Part shown: piece by piece, positions 43,126 to 43,995 of the stretch | How the letters are laid out: each line of letters starts with the position of its first letter | Position numbering within the stretch: position 1 is the stretch's first letter | The notes under the pieces: model-generated | Database searches by the model: none | Seen by the model: the letters and a program-made list of their open reading frames with translations, nothing else | Told to the model about the DNA's origin: nothing | Virus record (IMG/VR): IMGVR_UViG_3300030100_000511 | Location: 1-43,995 of that record | DNA length: 43,995 bases | Source: a virus | Taxonomy: Duplodnaviria > Caudoviricetes | Reading direction: 5' to 3' (one strand) | Program-made: the position numbers and the translations under genes

Positions 43126-43896
43126 CTATGACGCCATCGCGGCGAAGCGCTGGCGATAGTTGTTGCCGCCGATCATCGGCTGGAGAGCGTACCTGGCGGC
43201 GTCGATGTAGTGGTTGTGCTTGTCGACGATGGTTGTCAGCACGTCGCCGGTCAGGCGGTCTACCTTGTAGCTGTAAAGCCGAGCCTCTTTGAGAAACTCG
43301 GTACAGCGCGGGTGGATAACGATCTCTTGGTAGCTTCGCAGGTGGGCGATGCCGTCCTCGACGCTTCCCGGCCACTTCTCGACCGGCTCCAGGCGGGGCA
43401 GGTTGTCGCGCCGGCCATCGCCGTCGGAACGAACATGGTTGATCGTCTCGGGGCGCGCCGAGTCGCCTCGCACGACGTGCCTGTCGATACCAGGTATTCG
43501 GTCCTTGAGGAACTTGGCGATGTCGTCGTTCTCGAGCCCGACTTTGCCGGCCTCGTGCTCGACGTAGAGCCGGCGATCATGCACCCACAGCTTGATAGCC
43601 GCCGTCGGGTCCTGGGAGAAGCCCCAGTCGACGCCGTGGTAAGGCCCATGCCAGTCGGAGCCAGGCTCGAATTCAGCCACCCGGTACTTGCCAGCAAGAA
43701 TCTGCGCCTCGCTGTTCTCCCGGTAGGCACCTTCCCAGATCCAGGCATAGGTTTGGTCGTCCAGGGTGTCGCGGTCGTTGATCCGCTCCTGGTCGAGCAC
43801 CTCTGGAAACCAGGGGTTGTCCTCGTAGTTCATCTCGACGATCTTGGCGCTAGCCGGGGCGTTCTTCCTGTAGCGCTGATCGGTAGGGCTTCCATC
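43126..43896 (-). CDS. terL: Terminase large subunit, C-terminal nuclease part
   Basis: Motifs WITWNP, GVDWGFSQDP and HYIDAARYA. In frame with 1..495 across the join, giving about 421 aa in total. Confidence 0.93.
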   Translation of the reverse strand, partial: DGSPTDQRYRKNAPASAKIVEMNYEDNPWFPEVLDQERINDRDTLDDQTYAWIWEGAYRENSEAQILAGKYRVAEFEPGSDWHGPYHGVDWGFSQDPTAAIKLWVHDRRLYVEHEAGKVGLENDDIAKFLKDRIPGIDRHVVRGDSARPETINHVRSDGDGRRDNLPRLEPVEKWPGSVEDGIAHLRSYQEIVIHPRCTEFLKEARLYSYKVDRLTGDVLTTIVDKHNHYIDAARYALQPMIGGNNYRQRFAAMAS

Positions 43897-43995
43897 CAGC
43901 TCGGGGTTCCAGGTAATCCAGACTTCCGACCCCTCTTCGCGCACGGTTGGATTGAGCTTCTGCCAGGCGATTTCACTGACGTTCTCAGCCTCATA
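43897..43995. repeat. Terminal direct repeat, copy 2
   Basis: Matches bases 1-98. Confidence 0.95.

Overview
This window is an essentially complete, circularly permuted temperate lambdoid siphovirus genome. Bases 43897-43994 repeat bases 1-98, so the unit length is about 43,896 bp and the terminase large subunit gene runs across the join. High GC and the protein types suggest a Gammaproteobacterial host (Halomonas/Pseudomonas-like; inference only). The minus strand carries cro, a CII-like gene, a Rha/KilAC antirepressor, a replication initiator with 22-bp iterons, a nin region, a Q-like gene, a tRNA(CAU), the lysis cassette, a T5orf172-type gene and the terminases, then (from the right end) the head and tail genes. 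The plus strand carries cI, the early-left operon (RecT, YqaJ exonuclease, many small ORFs), xis, int and attP. The most unusual elements are: a multi-pseudoknotted RNA leader (1649-1780) hiding the RBS of the T5orf172/GIY-YIG-like gene; long non-coding hairpin arrays in the PL operon, which has no recognisable N gene; a Myb-like HTH protein fused to an RMF-like motif; a non-canonical tRNA(CAU); and two lipoprotein morons coupled to the frameshifted tail chaperone. All family assignments are by motif recognition without database searches.
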